Shown: positions 63,157-64,000 of the stretch, piece by piece
Layout: every line of letters begins with the position of its first letter
Position numbering within the stretch: position 1 is the stretch's first letter
Source of the DNA: Gammaproteobacteria bacterium
GTDB taxonomy: Bacteria; Pseudomonadota; Gammaproteobacteria; Pseudomonadales; Pseudohongiellaceae
Direction of reading: 5' to 3'
Assembly: GCA_029246545.1 (NCBI GenBank)
Contig: JAQWMX010000015.1
Location: forward strand, 3,652-67,651
Length of the DNA stretch: 64,000 nt
Position numbers and translations under genes: made by a program
The notes under the pieces: generated by a model
The model's input: only the letters and a program-made list of their open reading frames with translations
The model's database searches: none
What the model was told of the DNA's origin: nothing

Positions 63157-64000
63157 ATGGCATTTAAACAAGCATTATTTATCGGTAGGCGTTATGCCTC
63201 TATAGCTTCAGATAATCTGTTGGTTGGCTTTATTTCACGTCTATCTATTATCGGCTTAAGCCTAAGTGTTGCTGTTCTTATTATTGTTTTTTCTGTCATG
63301 AATGGTTTTGACCGGGAATTAAGAGAGCGCATTCTTGCGCTGGTGCCGCATGTAACAATGACAACGTTGCGCAATGAATCCTTAATGAATCAAGAGCAGT
63401 GGCAAAGTGTTCAATCTAGTATAGATAGCAATCCTCAGGTAATTGCTACTGCACCATTAATACAATTGCAGGGTATGGTTTTGGCCAATGGTAAATCACG
63501 AGGAATACTCTTAAATGGTGTAGAACCTGTAGCTGAAGCTAGAGTTTCTATACTGCAAGATTTCATGAACCAAGGTTCTTTAACGGCTTTAGCGCCGCGT
63601 GATTTTTCAATTTTAATTGGCTCTGGTATAGCAGAACATCTAAATCTAGAGGTTGGTGATGAACTGACACTGGTATCAAGTTATTTAAATATCACTCCCT
63701 TAGGTGAATTCCCTAGGCAGCGCATTTTTACAGTCGGTGGTATTTTTACTATTGGCTCTCAACTGGATGACAACTTAGCGTTAGTTCATATGAGCGATGC
63801 ACAATTACTTTATCGCCTTGGCGACAACATCCATGGTTTAAGAATTCAGCTACAAGACTTGTTTGCTAGTTCAACATTAATTCGCGAATTGCAAAACCGC
63901 ATAGCCGGAGAATATGCTTTTAGCAACTGGACAATAGATTACGGCAATATTTATGACAATATTCAACTCTCAAAATCGATGGTGGGTTTACTTTTATTTT
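63157..64000 (+). CDS. lolE: Lipoprotein-releasing system transmembrane subunit LolE (3' end outside the window)
   Basis: My own translation from the ATG at 63157: MAFKQALFIGRRYASIASDNLLVGFISRLSIIGLSLSVAVLIIVFSVMNGFDRELRERIL..., open to the window end. It is absent from the ORF track because no stop is reached. Confidence 0.88.
   Translation, partial: MAFKQALFIGRRYASIASDNLLVGFISRLSIIGLSLSVAVLIIVFSVMNGFDRELRERILALVPHVTMTTLRNESLMNQEQWQSVQSSIDSNPQVIATAPLIQLQGMVLANGKSRGILLNGVEPVAEARVSILQDFMNQGSLTALAPRDFSILIGSGIAEHLNLEVGDELTLVSSYLNITPLGEFPRQRIFTVGGIFTIGSQLDDNLALVHMSDAQLLYRLGDNIHGLRIQLQDLFASSTLIRELQNRIAGEYAFSNWTIDYGNIYDNIQLSKSMVGLLLF

Overview
This window is almost entirely core housekeeping DNA from a low-GC gammaproteobacterium. 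The local gene order resembles Pseudomonas/Oceanospirillales-type genomes; that comparison is from memory, not from a search. It contains about 57 tightly packed genes. In order: smc(3' part)-zipA-ligA, djlA, an M16C peptidase, ylqF, bolA-like and cell-wall genes. Then ttcA-yheU-tusA-pdxB, alaA, msrB, an MMPL/RND exporter and tig-clpP-clpX-lon-hupB-ppiD. Then gloB-methyltransferase-rnhA-dnaQ, sohB, a cysI-like sulfite reductase with its DUF934 partner, nfuA, an MTA/MTI phosphorylase, a secreted protein and mfd. Then a long-form GAPDH, the complete 13-gene nuoA-N operon (nuoC and nuoD fused), a secreted RidA-like protein and lolC-lolD-lolE (3' truncated). I found no CRISPR array, tRNA/rRNA gene, transposase, prophage block or recognisable multi-gene defence or secretion system. 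The only accessory-looking spot is a two-gene islet at 59.6-61.2 kb between ridA and lolC. It holds a divergent small serine recombinase that lacks the third catalytic arginine, plus a convergent 163-aa ORF I cannot assign. Other points worth a second look:
- sthA is disrupted by two 1-nt frame disruptions.
- Two different tandem repeats sit in the smc-zipA spacer.
- Two long, unrelated perfect palindromes flank the MMPL gene.
- A 623-bp AT-rich non-coding tract lies upstream of tig.
- The uncharacterised yheU is sandwiched between two tRNA-thiolation genes.
Overall I judge this an ordinary region, and I cannot support a claim of a novel system from the sequence alone.
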